Source: Myxococcota bacterium
Lineage (GTDB): Bacteria; Myxococcota_A; UBA796; GCA-2862545
NCBI GenBank assembly: GCA_039208735.1
Contig: JBCCQY010000077.1
Location: 1 to 39,189 of the forward strand
Direction: 5' to 3'
Length of the DNA stretch: 39,189 nucleotides
The notes beneath the pieces were generated by a model, which was not told where the DNA came from, did not search any database, and was given only the letters and a program-made list of their open reading frames with translations. Shown piece after piece: positions 1 through 9,796 of the stretch; positions within the stretch are counted from its first letter, which is position 1, and each line of letters opens with the position of its first letter. Position numbers and translations under genes: made by a program.

Positions 1-196
1 CGATGCAGCGGGTACGAAGACGGACTGGCGACGAGTTCCGGGGCAGCTTGGCGAGCGCCTCGCGTGCGGCCTGCCGCTCTTCGGCCGACAGCTTCATGTC
101 GCGAGCCTTGCGCTTGAGGGTCTCGCGCTTCGCGGCGTACCGACGGACGAGCTTCTCGCGCTTCTTCTGCTTGTTGATGGCGCTCTTCTTCGCCAT
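1..196 (-). CDS. rpsN: 30S ribosomal protein S14, long (E. coli-like, C-minus) form; 3' end truncated by window edge
   Basis: Not in the ORF track. Manual translation from ATG at 196 gives MAKKSAINKQKKREKLVRRYAAKRETLKRKARDMKLSAEERQAAREALAKLPRNSSPVRLRTRCI, with the MAKKS start and LPRNSSPVRLRxRC S14 signature. GAGG RBS upstream. Confidence 0.95.
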   Translation of the reverse strand, partial: MAKKSAINKQKKREKLVRRYAAKRETLKRKARDMKLSAEERQAAREALAKLPRNSSPVRLRTRCI

Positions 197-377
197 GGGG
201 GAACCTCGATGTTCGAAGATGGGCACGCCAGGCTTCGGTCGATCGACGATGAGGCCGAGCGGCGTATAGAAAGACGACGGCCCGCCGGTGGAGTCCGACA
301 GGCCAACCTTCGCGGAGTATCGGGCAAGCGTCACCGAAGCAAGTGCAAGGCCCGAAACTCCAAACCGGATGGGCGGG

Positions 378-1787
378 CTACTCGACGGAGGGCAGCTCGG
401 ACCAGTTGGTGTGGACGGCCACGTCGGGCGCCTCCACCCGACGGTAGGTGTGCGCCCCGAACCAGTCCCGCTGGGCCTGGATGAGGGCGGCCGACCCCCG
501 CGGAGTGCGCAACGTGTCGAGGTACGACAGCGAAGCCGCCAACGCAGGAACGGGAATGCCCTGGGCGATCGCTCGTCCGACGACCCGGCGCCATGCCGGC
601 AGCGCGTCCCGCAGCTCCGCGGCAAACGAGTCGTCGAGCGCAAGCAAGGGCAGCGCGGGCTGCTCGCTGAATGCGGCGTAGACCCGATCGAGGAACTTCG
701 CCCGGATGATGCAGCCCGCCTTCCAAATGCGGGCGACCTCCGCGAGGTTGGTCCCGTACTCCCGCTCCGCAGAACGCGCGGAAAGCATGGCAAACCCTTG
801 GGTGTAGCTCATGATCTTGGCGGCGTAGAGCGCCTGTTCGAGGTCTTCGACGGTGATGCCGTCGATCTGCAGGGGAGACGTGCCGAGCTTGTTGGCGACC
901 GCCTGACGATCCTCTCGCTTGGCCGACAAGGCGCGGGCCTCGACGGCGGCCACGATGGTGGACAGTGCGATGCCGCCCTCTACCGCATCGATGGCGGTCC
1001 AGCGGCCCGTGCCCTTTTGTCCCGCGACATCCAGCACCTGGTGGACCAAGGGGCCGTCCCCTTGCGGATCTTTGGCGGCGACGATGCCGGCCGTGATCTC
1101 GATGAGGAAGGACTCAAGGCGACCTTCATTGAAGCGGGCAAACACGTCGCGGATCGCGCCCGGCGACAGTCCCATCGCACGCAACAGCGTCCACGTTTCG
1201 GCGATGAGCTGCATGTCACCGTATTCGATGCCGTTGTGCACCATCTTCACGAAATGGCCGGCCCCTCGCGAGCCACACCACGTCACGCAGGGGCCGGTGT
1301 CGGCGACGGCAGCGGCCTCCGTCATGATGGGCTCGATGATGGACCACGCCTCGTCGTCGCCGCCCGGCATCATCGAGGGACCCAGCAGCGCTCCCTCTTC
1401 ACCACCGCTGACCCCCATGCCCACGAAGCGGATCTGCTTTTCCTTGAGCATGGCGACGCGACGCTCGGTGTCGTCGAAATGACTGTTGCCGCCGTCGACC
1501 ACGATGTCGCCCGGCGACAGATGAGGCAGCAGGCCCTCGATGACCATGTCGACCGGCTTGCCGGCCGTGATCATCATGACGATGACCCGTGGACCGCCAA
1601 TGGCCTGCACAAATGAGCCGAACTCATCGTGACCCGAAAAGCGTTCGTCTCCGTGGTTCGTCATGAAGTCCGCGAGCATGTCCGCTTCGCGGTTGTAGAC
1701 GGCGACCTTGCGGCCCCGTGAATGGAAATTGCGGGCGAGGCTCGAGCCCATCACGCCCAAGCCGATGACTCCGAGATCTGCGTTCAT
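378..1787 (-). CDS. gnd: 6-phosphogluconate dehydrogenase (decarboxylating, NADP-dependent)
   Basis: GLGVMG, DGGNS, VSGGEEGA, GHFVKMVHNGIEYGDMQ, QKGTGRWT and QAQRDWFGAHTY motifs. Confidence 0.97.
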   Translation of the reverse strand: MNADLGVIGLGVMGSSLARNFHSRGRKVAVYNREADMLADFMTNHGDERFSGHDEFGSFVQAIGGPRVIVMMITAGKPVDMVIEGLLPHLSPGDIVVDGGNSHFDDTERRVAMLKEKQIRFVGMGVSGGEEGALLGPSMMPGGDDEAWSIIEPIMTEAAAVADTGPCVTWCGSRGAGHFVKMVHNGIEYGDMQLIAETWTLLRAMGLSPGAIRDVFARFNEGRLESFLIEITAGIVAAKDPQGDGPLVHQVLDVAGQKGTGRWTAIDAVEGGIALSTIVAAVEARALSAKREDRQAVANKLGTSPLQIDGITVEDLEQALYAAKIMSYTQGFAMLSARSAEREYGTNLAEVARIWKAGCIIRAKFLDRVYAAFSEQPALPLLALDDSFAAELRDALPAWRRVVGRAIAQGIPVPALAASLSYLDTLRTPRGSAALIQAQRDWFGAHTYRRVEAPDVAVHTNWSELPSVE

Positions 1788-2506
1788 GCGCGCTCCAGCG
1801 ACAACTGTTGAGCCGCTGGGGCATCGATGACCCAGCGATAGACACCGGTGGGCTGCAAGCGTCCGAGTGGAAGCGATGCATCACCCTGGTAGGCCCGAGC
1901 GATCATGTCGGCCTTGTCGGCCCCGGTCACCACGAGCAGCACGGAGGCGGCGGCCGCAATGATGGGCAACGCCAGGGACAATCGTTCGGGAGGAGGCTTC
2001 GGACTGTCGGACACCCCGACGATGGGGCCAGGGTCTTCAAGCCCGATATGGCCGGGGAACAGCGACGCGATGTGGCCATCGGAACCCGCCCCGATCAACG
2101 CGATGTCGATCTGGCCGACCTCGCTCGCGAACCGCTCGCCCACCGCAGCGCGCGCGACATCGAGCGGGCCTTCGGCATGAAAGGACACGACACGAGGGGG
2201 CGTCCTCGTCCGCGAAATCCAGTGTTCGAATACGAGCCGCTCGTTGCTGTCGGGATTCCACGTGGTCCAGTCCCCCGTGCGGGGGGCCGGATCGTGGCGT
2301 TCATCCACGAACGTGACCACGAGTCGTTCAGCGAGCGCCTCGGGCAGGTGGTCGGCGAGCCACCGAAAAACGGCGACCGGCGTACGCCCACCCGGGACCC
2401 CGAGCCGCGCCACACGCTGCCGAGCCAGGACATCTCGAATCGCATCGGCGATCTCTTCGCCGGCCGTGGGCCCGATGGCGCTCGTCACCGTGACCGACGG
2501 GGTCAT
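1784..2506 (-). CDS. pgl: 6-phosphogluconolactonase
   Basis: GGRTP, DER, GxGxDGHIASLFP and SPKPPPERLSL motifs. Start set at ATG 2506 (ATGA overlap with zwf stop); ATGA overlap with gnd start. Confidence 0.9.
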   Translation of the reverse strand: MTPSVTVTSAIGPTAGEEIADAIRDVLARQRVARLGVPGGRTPVAVFRWLADHLPEALAERLVVTFVDERHDPAPRTGDWTTWNPDSNERLVFEHWISRTRTPPRVVSFHAEGPLDVARAAVGERFASEVGQIDIALIGAGSDGHIASLFPGHIGLEDPGPIVGVSDSPKPPPERLSLALPIIAAAASVLLVVTGADKADMIARAYQGDASLPLGRLQPTGVYRWVIDAPAAQQLSLERA

Positions 2507-3993
2507 GGTCCACGGCTCCAGATGCCCTCGCATCCGACAAAGAGCGCATCGGCCTCATCGGGGCCTCGCCCACCGGCCGGATAGGTCCAGATGGGGGCGT
2601 TGCCTTCGGCCCATCCGGCGTGGATGGCATCGACGAACGACCAGGCCGCTTCGACTTCATCGCCACGAAGGAACAAGGTCGCGTTGCCCTCGAGCGCATC
2701 GAGCAACAGTCGCTGATAGGCATCGGGGATTTTGGGGACGCCAAGGTCCGCGTAGCGGAAGCCGAGGTCCGCTTGGCGCATCACCATGCCCGCGCCAGGC
2801 TCCTTGACGAGGAACGACCAACTCACCCCTTCATCGGGCTGGATGCGGAGCGTCAGCGCATTCGGGCGCAATGCGCAAACGCCTTCGGGGAGAGGTCCGT
2901 TGAGCAAGTCGACCGGAGGGGTCCGAAAGTTCAGCACGATCTGGGTGAACCGCTTCTCGAGGGCCTTCCCCGTCCGTAGCAGGAAGGGAACTTCGCTCCA
3001 ACGCCAATTGTCAATGGCCGCTCGAATGGCCACGTACGTTTCGGTCTGCGACTCAGGGTCGACGCCCGGCTCTTCGCGGTAGTCCCGCTCTCGACCGGGG
3101 CCCTGAATGTACTGGGCGCGGATGACGCGGTTCTTGACTTCATTGGCCGTGAAACGACGCAACGCCCGGAATACCTTGGTCTTCTCGTTGCGAACGTCGT
3201 CCGCGGAAAGCGTGCCCGGTGCCTCCATCGCCACCAGGGCCAAGACCTGCAGGAGGTGATTCTGCACCATGTCGCGCAGGGCCCCTGCTTTGTCGTAGTA
3301 GGCGCCGCGCTCTCCCTCCATGGCGACCTTCTCGCACACCGAAATCTCGACCGACTCGATGTGCTGGCGGTTCCATAGTGGCTCGAAAATCGCGTTCTGG
3401 AACCGGAAAGATAGGATGTTCTGGACGGTCTCTTTGCCCAAGTAATGGTCGATGCGGAAGAGCTGGTCTTCGCGAAGATGCTGGAGCAGGGTGCGGTTGA
3501 GGGCCTGCGCCGAAGGGAGGTCCGTGCCGAAGGGCTTTTCGACGACGACGCGACGCCATCCGTCAGTGGCCCCTGGCTCACTGTCGATGAGGTTCTGGCT
3601 CGACAGGGCCGAGACCACCCGGCCAAAGAGGTTGGGACCGAGAGCCAAGTAGAAGAGGCGTCCCGCTTGATCGGGGGTTCCACCAGCCTCTTCGGTCAGA
3701 CGATCGAGGAACTCGCCGAGTTCGTGCAGGTCGTTCGAGTCGGCCGCATTGGCGCGCACCCAGTAGAGCTGCGAGGAGAACGAGGCGTAGGCCTCGCGGA
3801 GTTCCGGCGCGAGCGCTTCTCCCATCTCTTGGCGCCATTGCTCATGCGTCTTTGTCGAACGAGCAACTCCAATGACCTGGATCGGTCGCTTCAGCGCTCC
3901 CGCAATGTGGTTGTTCAAAAGCGCGGGGATGAGCTTACGGGAGGTCAGGTCGCCCGACGCTCCGAAGATGATCACTTGATCTGGCGTGGCCAT
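2503..3993 (-). CDS. zwf: glucose-6-phosphate 1-dehydrogenase
   Basis: IFGASGDLTSRKL, VVEKPFG, RIDHYLGKETVQN and RDMVQNHLLQ motifs. Confidence 0.97.
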   Translation of the reverse strand: MATPDQVIIFGASGDLTSRKLIPALLNNHIAGALKRPIQVIGVARSTKTHEQWRQEMGEALAPELREAYASFSSQLYWVRANAADSNDLHELGEFLDRLTEEAGGTPDQAGRLFYLALGPNLFGRVVSALSSQNLIDSEPGATDGWRRVVVEKPFGTDLPSAQALNRTLLQHLREDQLFRIDHYLGKETVQNILSFRFQNAIFEPLWNRQHIESVEISVCEKVAMEGERGAYYDKAGALRDMVQNHLLQVLALVAMEAPGTLSADDVRNEKTKVFRALRRFTANEVKNRVIRAQYIQGPGRERDYREEPGVDPESQTETYVAIRAAIDNWRWSEVPFLLRTGKALEKRFTQIVLNFRTPPVDLLNGPLPEGVCALRPNALTLRIQPDEGVSWSFLVKEPGAGMVMRQADLGFRYADLGVPKIPDAYQRLLLDALEGNATLFLRGDEVEAAWSFVDAIHAGWAEGNAPIWTYPAGGRGPDEADALFVGCEGIWSRGP

Positions 3994-4088
3994 GTCATGT
4001 CCTGCGTGGTGGCATCGGTCGTTTGGCAGGCTAACATCGAAGGCCGTACGTCATGGCGGGGGCTTGCGCGGCCCCACCAGGAGATTCG

Positions 4089-6599
4089 ATGAATTGGCGA
4101 ACGCAGGTTCCGCTCGGGATCGTAATCGCGGTGACCTCGCTTTCGATCGCGTGGACATGGATTCGACCCATACCAGAGCTGGATCGGGGACCGGAAAACA
4201 CCCGGGTGCCCCAATGTCAGAATCTGGAGGGGGCCCTTACCGACCGCGTGCACGCCTGCTATGCGGATGCGGAACCGGTGGGGATGTCTCGAGCGGCCCA
4301 GGAACTGGTGGAACGGCTGAAGCGGAGTGGGGCGTTGTTCACGGTCGGGGCGACCCTCCCCGGCATCGAAACGCTCGACATCCGTGACCATGCCGCGATC
4401 GAAGAAGCGATGCTCGGCACGGACGAAGAAGCGGTAAGCAAGGCGCTTCGGGATCTCGGAGTCCGGGGGCTGATCGTGCATCGGGATCTCACGGGAGCGG
4501 TGGACCGTGATCGCATCGTTCTTGCCCGATTGGCGCATCACTCGCATCTCGAGTGGTTTGAACTCCGGCATGTCGCAGCCGACGTGTTCATCTACAGCGT
4601 GCGTACATCACCGGCGCAAGTCCCGCTGAAGACCGGGGATCGTCTGCTCAAAGGGCTTCGTCAGCGCATTGAGGGCCGCCCGCGAGCGTCGATCCTTCGC
4701 CAAACCTGGTCGCCGGCCGATGTCTCGCTGATGGGGACGCTTCGCCTGCAGGGGAAGCTGCTTGCGATTCGTCACATTTCGGGGAACGGTTCGGGGTCTC
4801 GGATGGAGCGGCTGCTCGACCAACTCGCTGACAAGCTGGTTCGCGAGTGGGAACGCAAGGTCGAGCCCCATGGTCACGGAGTGCTCCGCGAACGGCTCGA
4901 CGACGTTCGCCTCGAGGTTCACGTGGTCATGGAGCGGGCGCCGGTCGAGCCTCGCAGCCGAGACGAGCTTTTCGATCTATGGGAACAAGGCGTGGATGGC
5001 GTGATGTTCCGACAGCGAAGGAGCAAGCAAAACGAGGACGAGAAGTTCACCTACTTGCCAGGGAGCGAGCTGGTCACCAACTCGTTTGGGTCGGCTGACC
5101 GGTTCCTTCGCCACGCCGTCAAGATGTTCGGTTGGCATGATGTGCGGCCTTGGGAAAAGGACCCGAAGACGCGCCTCGATCTGATTCGTACATCCCATTT
5201 CATGGAGTCTGAGGCGGGCGGAGGCCCGGCGGTCCGGCTGGTGAGAGGTCTGCCCGAAGTCCCCATGGACTGGGTCACCGATCAAAACGTCCAAGACATG
5301 CTGGTCTCAGGCGGTGAATGGTGGCTACACGAGCTGCAGGACGATGGGTCGTTCGAATACAAGTATTGGCCAGTCCAGAATCGCCGTTCCACAGAATACA
5401 ACGAGGTTCGCCACATTCTGGGTGCCCGCGACCTCGCCGACACCTACCGGTACCGCAACGATCCCCGCTACCTTGAAGGGTCCAAGGCCTCGATGGACTG
5501 GCTGATGGGCTTCGCCATCGATGCTGACGATTCGGCCGAGGGCCCCCTGCCGCATCCCCCTCCCGACACCATGCTCTTCCGGTACCCCTCCTACGCCCTG
5601 GAGCAAAAGCTCCAGAAGCGAGCCAACCAGAAGCTTGGGACCGTCGCCGTGGGACTGCTTGGCTGGATTGCGTGGGCCGATGCGTCGGGGTCACATGCCG
5701 AGGACCAACGGATTCGTCGCATGGCGAACTACGTCAAGTCCCAGCAAGAGCCAGACGGAGGTTTCAAAGCCTACAACGTCCAAAGTGGCCATTCCTACCG
5801 TCGCCAGAAGAACGACATCGTGCCCGGAGAAGCGATGCTCGCGCTCGGCATGGTGGCCGAGTATTTTGATGAACCCGGTTGGATCGACGCGTACGACAAG
5901 TTCATCGCCTATTACACCCCCTGGTTCCGCAAGCGGGCGGAACGGAAGGTGCCCACGGGTCGGTGGCCTCACGCGACCTACCGCAACCAGGATCGCCTGG
6001 ACCTCGTGCAGTTTGGGCCTTGGTCGGTCATGGCGGCCAAGCAGGTCTACCGGCTCACCGAGCGCCAGGATGCGGCAGAGTTTGGGTTGGAAGTCGCAGA
6101 CTGGATGATCGACAACTACCAATGGTCGGGAGAGCGCTCACCGTGGCCGGACTACGTTGGCGGCTACTACAAGCTGCCGAACGAACTTCCGGCGATGCAG
6201 ACGTTCTGCTACTCGGAGGGCACCGCCGCGGCCTACACCCTCGCGAGCCGCTATGCTCCGGAGCGGAAGGGCAAGTACGAACGGTCGACGGCCGAGGCGA
6301 TTCGCTTCTTGGAAGTCATGCAGTTCGACGACTTAGACAGCTACTACCTGTCTCGTCCCGACAAGGTCCGAGGTGGCGTCAAGTACACCATGAGCCTCAA
6401 CAAGGTGCGCACCGACTACGTGGGCCACGGACTGTCGACCCTTTCACAGTGGCTGGATGCGCGCGATTACGACCCGGCGGTGGAACTCGACATTCACGAC
6501 CCCAGCGATCTGTCGCGGCCCGCGGGTTCACACCAGAGCGTGCCCGACCTCGACTATGCGGGTCCTCTGCGGATTCCCTCCGAGGTGGCCCAGCGCTGA
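4089..6599 (+). CDS. membrane-anchored protein: AMMECR1-like domain plus C-terminal alpha/alpha-toroid (six-hairpin glycosidase/prenyltransferase-like) domain
   Basis: AGGAG RBS before ATG 4089; N-terminal hydrophobic helix. LDDVRLEVHVV...GVDGVMF...TYLP...FLRHAVK resembles AMMECR1. QDDGSF, YNEVRH, KLGT, QEPDGGF, PGEAMLAL and RTDYVGH resemble toroid motifs. Confidence 0.6.
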   Translation: MNWRTQVPLGIVIAVTSLSIAWTWIRPIPELDRGPENTRVPQCQNLEGALTDRVHACYADAEPVGMSRAAQELVERLKRSGALFTVGATLPGIETLDIRDHAAIEEAMLGTDEEAVSKALRDLGVRGLIVHRDLTGAVDRDRIVLARLAHHSHLEWFELRHVAADVFIYSVRTSPAQVPLKTGDRLLKGLRQRIEGRPRASILRQTWSPADVSLMGTLRLQGKLLAIRHISGNGSGSRMERLLDQLADKLVREWERKVEPHGHGVLRERLDDVRLEVHVVMERAPVEPRSRDELFDLWEQGVDGVMFRQRRSKQNEDEKFTYLPGSELVTNSFGSADRFLRHAVKMFGWHDVRPWEKDPKTRLDLIRTSHFMESEAGGGPAVRLVRGLPEVPMDWVTDQNVQDMLVSGGEWWLHELQDDGSFEYKYWPVQNRRSTEYNEVRHILGARDLADTYRYRNDPRYLEGSKASMDWLMGFAIDADDSAEGPLPHPPPDTMLFRYPSYALEQKLQKRANQKLGTVAVGLLGWIAWADASGSHAEDQRIRRMANYVKSQQEPDGGFKAYNVQSGHSYRRQKNDIVPGEAMLALGMVAEYFDEPGWIDAYDKFIAYYTPWFRKRAERKVPTGRWPHATYRNQDRLDLVQFGPWSVMAAKQVYRLTERQDAAEFGLEVADWMIDNYQWSGERSPWPDYVGGYYKLPNELPAMQTFCYSEGTAAAYTLASRYAPERKGKYERSTAEAIRFLEVMQFDDLDSYYLSRPDKVRGGVKYTMSLNKVRTDYVGHGLSTLSQWLDARDYDPAVELDIHDPSDLSRPAGSHQSVPDLDYAGPLRIPSEVAQR

Positions 6600-6660
6600 C
6601 GAACGTCGACGAATGTCCGACAGTCGTCTGTGTCAGCTACCGTTAAACCTGGGTTTTGTG

Positions 6661-6677
6661 TTGGCCTAAGCCTTGCT
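6661..6677 (+). promoter_or_regulatory. putative sigma-54 (-24/-12) promoter for the downstream lipoprotein
   Basis: TTGGCCTAAGCCTTGCT has GG-N10-GC spacing with TTGC at -12; intergenic, 56 nt upstream of ATG 6734. Confidence 0.5.
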
Positions 6678-6733
6678 GAACCCAAAGGCACGACGTTGGA
6701 ATAAAGGGACTTGGGCCCTGACCGGAGGGGAAG

Positions 6734-8707
6734 ATGATGTGGCGGCTTGCATTGGCCTGGGCACTCACAGCCTGTAGCGATGGCATCGGGACTCCCCAGA
6801 GTGTCGACTTCGACAATGACGGGATCAATGCCGGCGTCGACTGCGACGATAGCAACCCGGCCGTTTACCCGGGCGCGACCGAAATCTGCGATGATGGCGT
6901 CGACAATGATTGCGACGGTGTGATCGACGACCAAGGGATTGGCGCCACCACCTGGTACGCCGATGCCGACCGCGACGGGTTCGGCGACCCGAAGATGACG
7001 CAATTCGCCTGTGCTGCCGCCGTCGATAAGACCTGGGTTGACCAGGGGGGCGACTGCGACGACAACGACGAAAAGGCGTACCCGGGGGCCCCCGAGGTGT
7101 GCGACAACACCGACCAGAACTGCAATGGTCAGGTCGACGAGGGGTTGCCGTTCCAAGACTATTGGGAGGACGCAGATGATGACGGGTTTGGAGACGCCAA
7201 TGGCGTTGCCGAGCGCCGTTGTGCCCCGGAAGGGGGCCTTGTCACGAACAACGATGACTGTGACGATGCGGAGCCCGCCATCTTCCCCGGCGCGATCGAC
7301 ATTTGTGACGGCATCGATAACGACTGTGACCTGACCGTCGACGGCGAAGGCCGGGCCTCGATTGGACAAACGATCTACGATCAGCTGGACGACGCGATTG
7401 ACGCCACAGCAGGCATCGCGAACCCCGGAGTGATTCGGGTATGCGCGGGATACGAGACGGTCGGGCGGGCACACGAACTCGAATCAGGTCAAACGCTGAT
7501 CATCGAGGGGCCTGTGGGGGTTCCGCACTCCATTATTGTGCAGGCGCCAGAGCCTTGGCTGACGATGGTTTCGGGGTCCACGCTCGAGCTACGCGGTCTC
7601 GAGCTCACGTCGGGCAACAACAACCTGATGGTCGATGTGGCGTCGGATTCGACGGTTCGTGTCAGCGACGTCGCGTTTCAGACCTTCGCGGCAGCCTTCG
7701 CGACCACCGAACCAAGCAACATGACAACGACGCTCGAATTCGACAACATCCAGGTTGAAAGCACGGCGACGTTCCTCGACGTGAGCGGCGAGGTCGATGT
7801 CACGGTCACGAATTCGACGTTCGACAACAACACCTCGACCGATGCAGGCCGAAGCCTCATCAACCTTGCGGCCTCGCAGCTTCAGGCCCCGTCGCTCACG
7901 ACGATGAACGTGGTCTTCACCAACAACATGCACGTAGGCTCGGTGGTTCGACTTTCGGGCGGTGATGGACCTGTCCTTACCGCGAGCTTTGACAACACCC
8001 AGTTCATCGACAACATGAGTCCTCAATCGGGCGTCATTTTTGCGACAGAGACCCAGATCACAGGAACCAACGGCGTTGAGATTCGGGGCACCCGAGACGC
8101 CACCCGAGGGGGTGGCCTGTACCTTTCCAACAGCACGGTGTCGGGGGTGACCATCGACGACTGTGAAGCGAGTCAGGGCGCCGCGGTGTTCGCGATTGAT
8201 TCCACCGTCGAAGACATCACGATGAACAACAATCGGGCAAGCGCGGTGGGTGGCGGCATCTACATCCAAGGCAGCGGCATTGTCAGGCGTGCCACGGTCA
8301 CCGACAACACGGCGACGAGCCTCGGCGGCGGCATCTATGCTGCGGGCACGACGGCCAACTACGCCACACTGGTCGAAGACTCGCGGATTGAAAACAACGA
8401 AGCGCGGCTTGGCGGTGGGCTGTACCACGTTGCCATCGCCTCGGGATTGATGACGCTCACCGACTCCACACAGGTGTATGCCAACACGTCGACCGACAAT
8501 CTTGGACCGGGCTTCTACATCGACTCGGGCTCGGTCCAATCCGAAGCGGATTTCGGTGCCGAGGGCACTGCGAACGACAACCCCGATTACGACGTCGCCT
8601 ATGTCCTGAACCAGGGTGCGAACGGAAATCCTGATGAGGTTGAAGACTTCGATGTCGATACCGAAGGCTTCTCGATTGACAACGGGACGTACGCCCCGTT
8701 CCCGTAG
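6734..8707 (+). CDS. lipoprotein with three MopE-like metal-binding repeats and a C-terminal right-handed beta-helix (pectin-lyase/Pmp-like)
   Basis: Lipobox LTAC; DCDD...PGAxExCDxxDNDCDG repeats; GGGLY/GGGIY and FxNN repeats; GGAGG RBS. Confidence 0.85.
   Translation: MMWRLALAWALTACSDGIGTPQSVDFDNDGINAGVDCDDSNPAVYPGATEICDDGVDNDCDGVIDDQGIGATTWYADADRDGFGDPKMTQFACAAAVDKTWVDQGGDCDDNDEKAYPGAPEVCDNTDQNCNGQVDEGLPFQDYWEDADDDGFGDANGVAERRCAPEGGLVTNNDDCDDAEPAIFPGAIDICDGIDNDCDLTVDGEGRASIGQTIYDQLDDAIDATAGIANPGVIRVCAGYETVGRAHELESGQTLIIEGPVGVPHSIIVQAPEPWLTMVSGSTLELRGLELTSGNNNLMVDVASDSTVRVSDVAFQTFAAAFATTEPSNMTTTLEFDNIQVESTATFLDVSGEVDVTVTNSTFDNNTSTDAGRSLINLAASQLQAPSLTTMNVVFTNNMHVGSVVRLSGGDGPVLTASFDNTQFIDNMSPQSGVIFATETQITGTNGVEIRGTRDATRGGGLYLSNSTVSGVTIDDCEASQGAAVFAIDSTVEDITMNNNRASAVGGGIYIQGSGIVRRATVTDNTATSLGGGIYAAGTTANYATLVEDSRIENNEARLGGGLYHVAIASGLMTLTDSTQVYANTSTDNLGPGFYIDSGSVQSEADFGAEGTANDNPDYDVAYVLNQGANGNPDEVEDFDVDTEGFSIDNGTYAPFP
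6806..7345 (+). repeat. three Asp/Cys-rich MopE-like protein repeats
   Basis: DCDDSNPAVYPGATEICDDGVDNDCDG / DCDDNDEKAYPGAPEVCDNTDQNCNG / DCDDAEPAIFPGAIDICDGIDNDCDL. Confidence 0.85.
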
Positions 8708-8709
8708 GC

Positions 8710-9765
8710 CTACGTGTCTTCGACCACCAGCGTTCGAAACTTACGTAGGTACTGTACGAAGTCTCGTCCGACGCTGGCCTCTTCGAGCTGGGCGGCTGAC
8801 CAGGGCGGTCGGGCCGGTTCGTAGCCAGGTTCGCGGGCGAGTTTAGGCCAATCTGGGTTGCCGATGGCCGAGCGGCCGAGCACCGCGATGTCGACTCCGG
8901 CCGCATGGGCGCGGTCGACGTCCTCGGCCGTCCACAACCCCCCTGCGGCCAAGATGGGCACCTCGGCCGAGAGGGCTTCGCGGAATGCGGTGGCCACGCG
9001 GGGCGCGTCCGGTTCGTGGGGCGGTGGCCCGTCGGCCTGAGCCAGGGACAGGTGAAGGAAATCAATGCCGTCCTGGACCAGCCAATCGCCAAGCGTCAAT
9101 CCATCGGCGAGCACCAAGCCTCGTTCGGCCCACACGTCCACCGGTGAAATACGGACGCCCACCGTGAACGGGTGGGGCACCGCAGCTCGAACGGCCCTTA
9201 CGGTCTCACGGAGAAGCCGGGCGCGGGCTTCGAGCGATCCGCCCCACTCGTCCTGGCGGGGATTGTCTTTGGGAGCGAGAAACTGGGTGAAGAGGTAGCC
9301 ATTGGCCCCGTGGATCTCGACGCCATCGAACCCGGCCCGTTGAGCGCGCGTCGCGGCCGCCACAAAGTCGTGCTTGACCCGCTCGAGGTCGGCGGGGGTC
9401 GCCCCCCGTTGGTTCTCCCCGTCGACGGTCGACAGGCGCACCGGGGCGAGGCTCGCCTTGGCGCCTCCATGGTGAAGCTGGGTGATGGCCAAGCCACCGT
9501 GTGCCTTCATGGCACTCGCGAGTCGCGTGAGTCCTTCGAGATGGCCGTCGTGGGCGATGCCGAGCTGTCCGTCCCAGGCGTGGCCTTCCTCGCTGACGAA
9601 GGTGGCGCAAGTCGACAACCAAGCAAATCCGCCAGCGGCGCGGCGCGCCATGAAGCGAAGTTCGTCTTCGCCAAGCGTGCCGTCGGTATGGCTCTGCAAG
9701 TTGGTGAGTGGCGCGAGCGCCGTACGCCCCGAAAGGGTGGCGCCGCTGCGCAAGGTGAGGGTCAT
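8710..9765 (-). CDS. NADH:flavin oxidoreductase (old yellow enzyme family)
   Basis: LAPLTN, RRAAGG, QLHHGG, AGFDGVEIHGANGYLFTQFL and RxDEWGGSLEARAR motifs; GAGGAGG RBS before ATG 9765. Confidence 0.92.
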   Translation of the reverse strand: MTLTLRSGATLSGRTALAPLTNLQSHTDGTLGEDELRFMARRAAGGFAWLSTCATFVSEEGHAWDGQLGIAHDGHLEGLTRLASAMKAHGGLAITQLHHGGAKASLAPVRLSTVDGENQRGATPADLERVKHDFVAAATRAQRAGFDGVEIHGANGYLFTQFLAPKDNPRQDEWGGSLEARARLLRETVRAVRAAVPHPFTVGVRISPVDVWAERGLVLADGLTLGDWLVQDGIDFLHLSLAQADGPPPHEPDAPRVATAFREALSAEVPILAAGGLWTAEDVDRAHAAGVDIAVLGRSAIGNPDWPKLAREPGYEPARPPWSAAQLEEASVGRDFVQYLRKFRTLVVEDT

Positions 9766-9796
9766 GAGAGGCCTCCTCGGTGGGGAGGCCGTAGCG

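Noticed and set aside
288..1616. 442-aa plus-strand ORF, and similar long ORFs at 9482-10744, 22717-23898 and 32553-34163
   Set aside because: Antisense shadows of well-supported genes, expected in high-GC DNA; no motifs
8710..9765. OYE oxidoreductase as a dedicated member of the ECF-caspase system
   Set aside because: Co-oriented with a 31-nt gap, but it has its own RBS, is a generic enzyme and shows no functional link in the sequence
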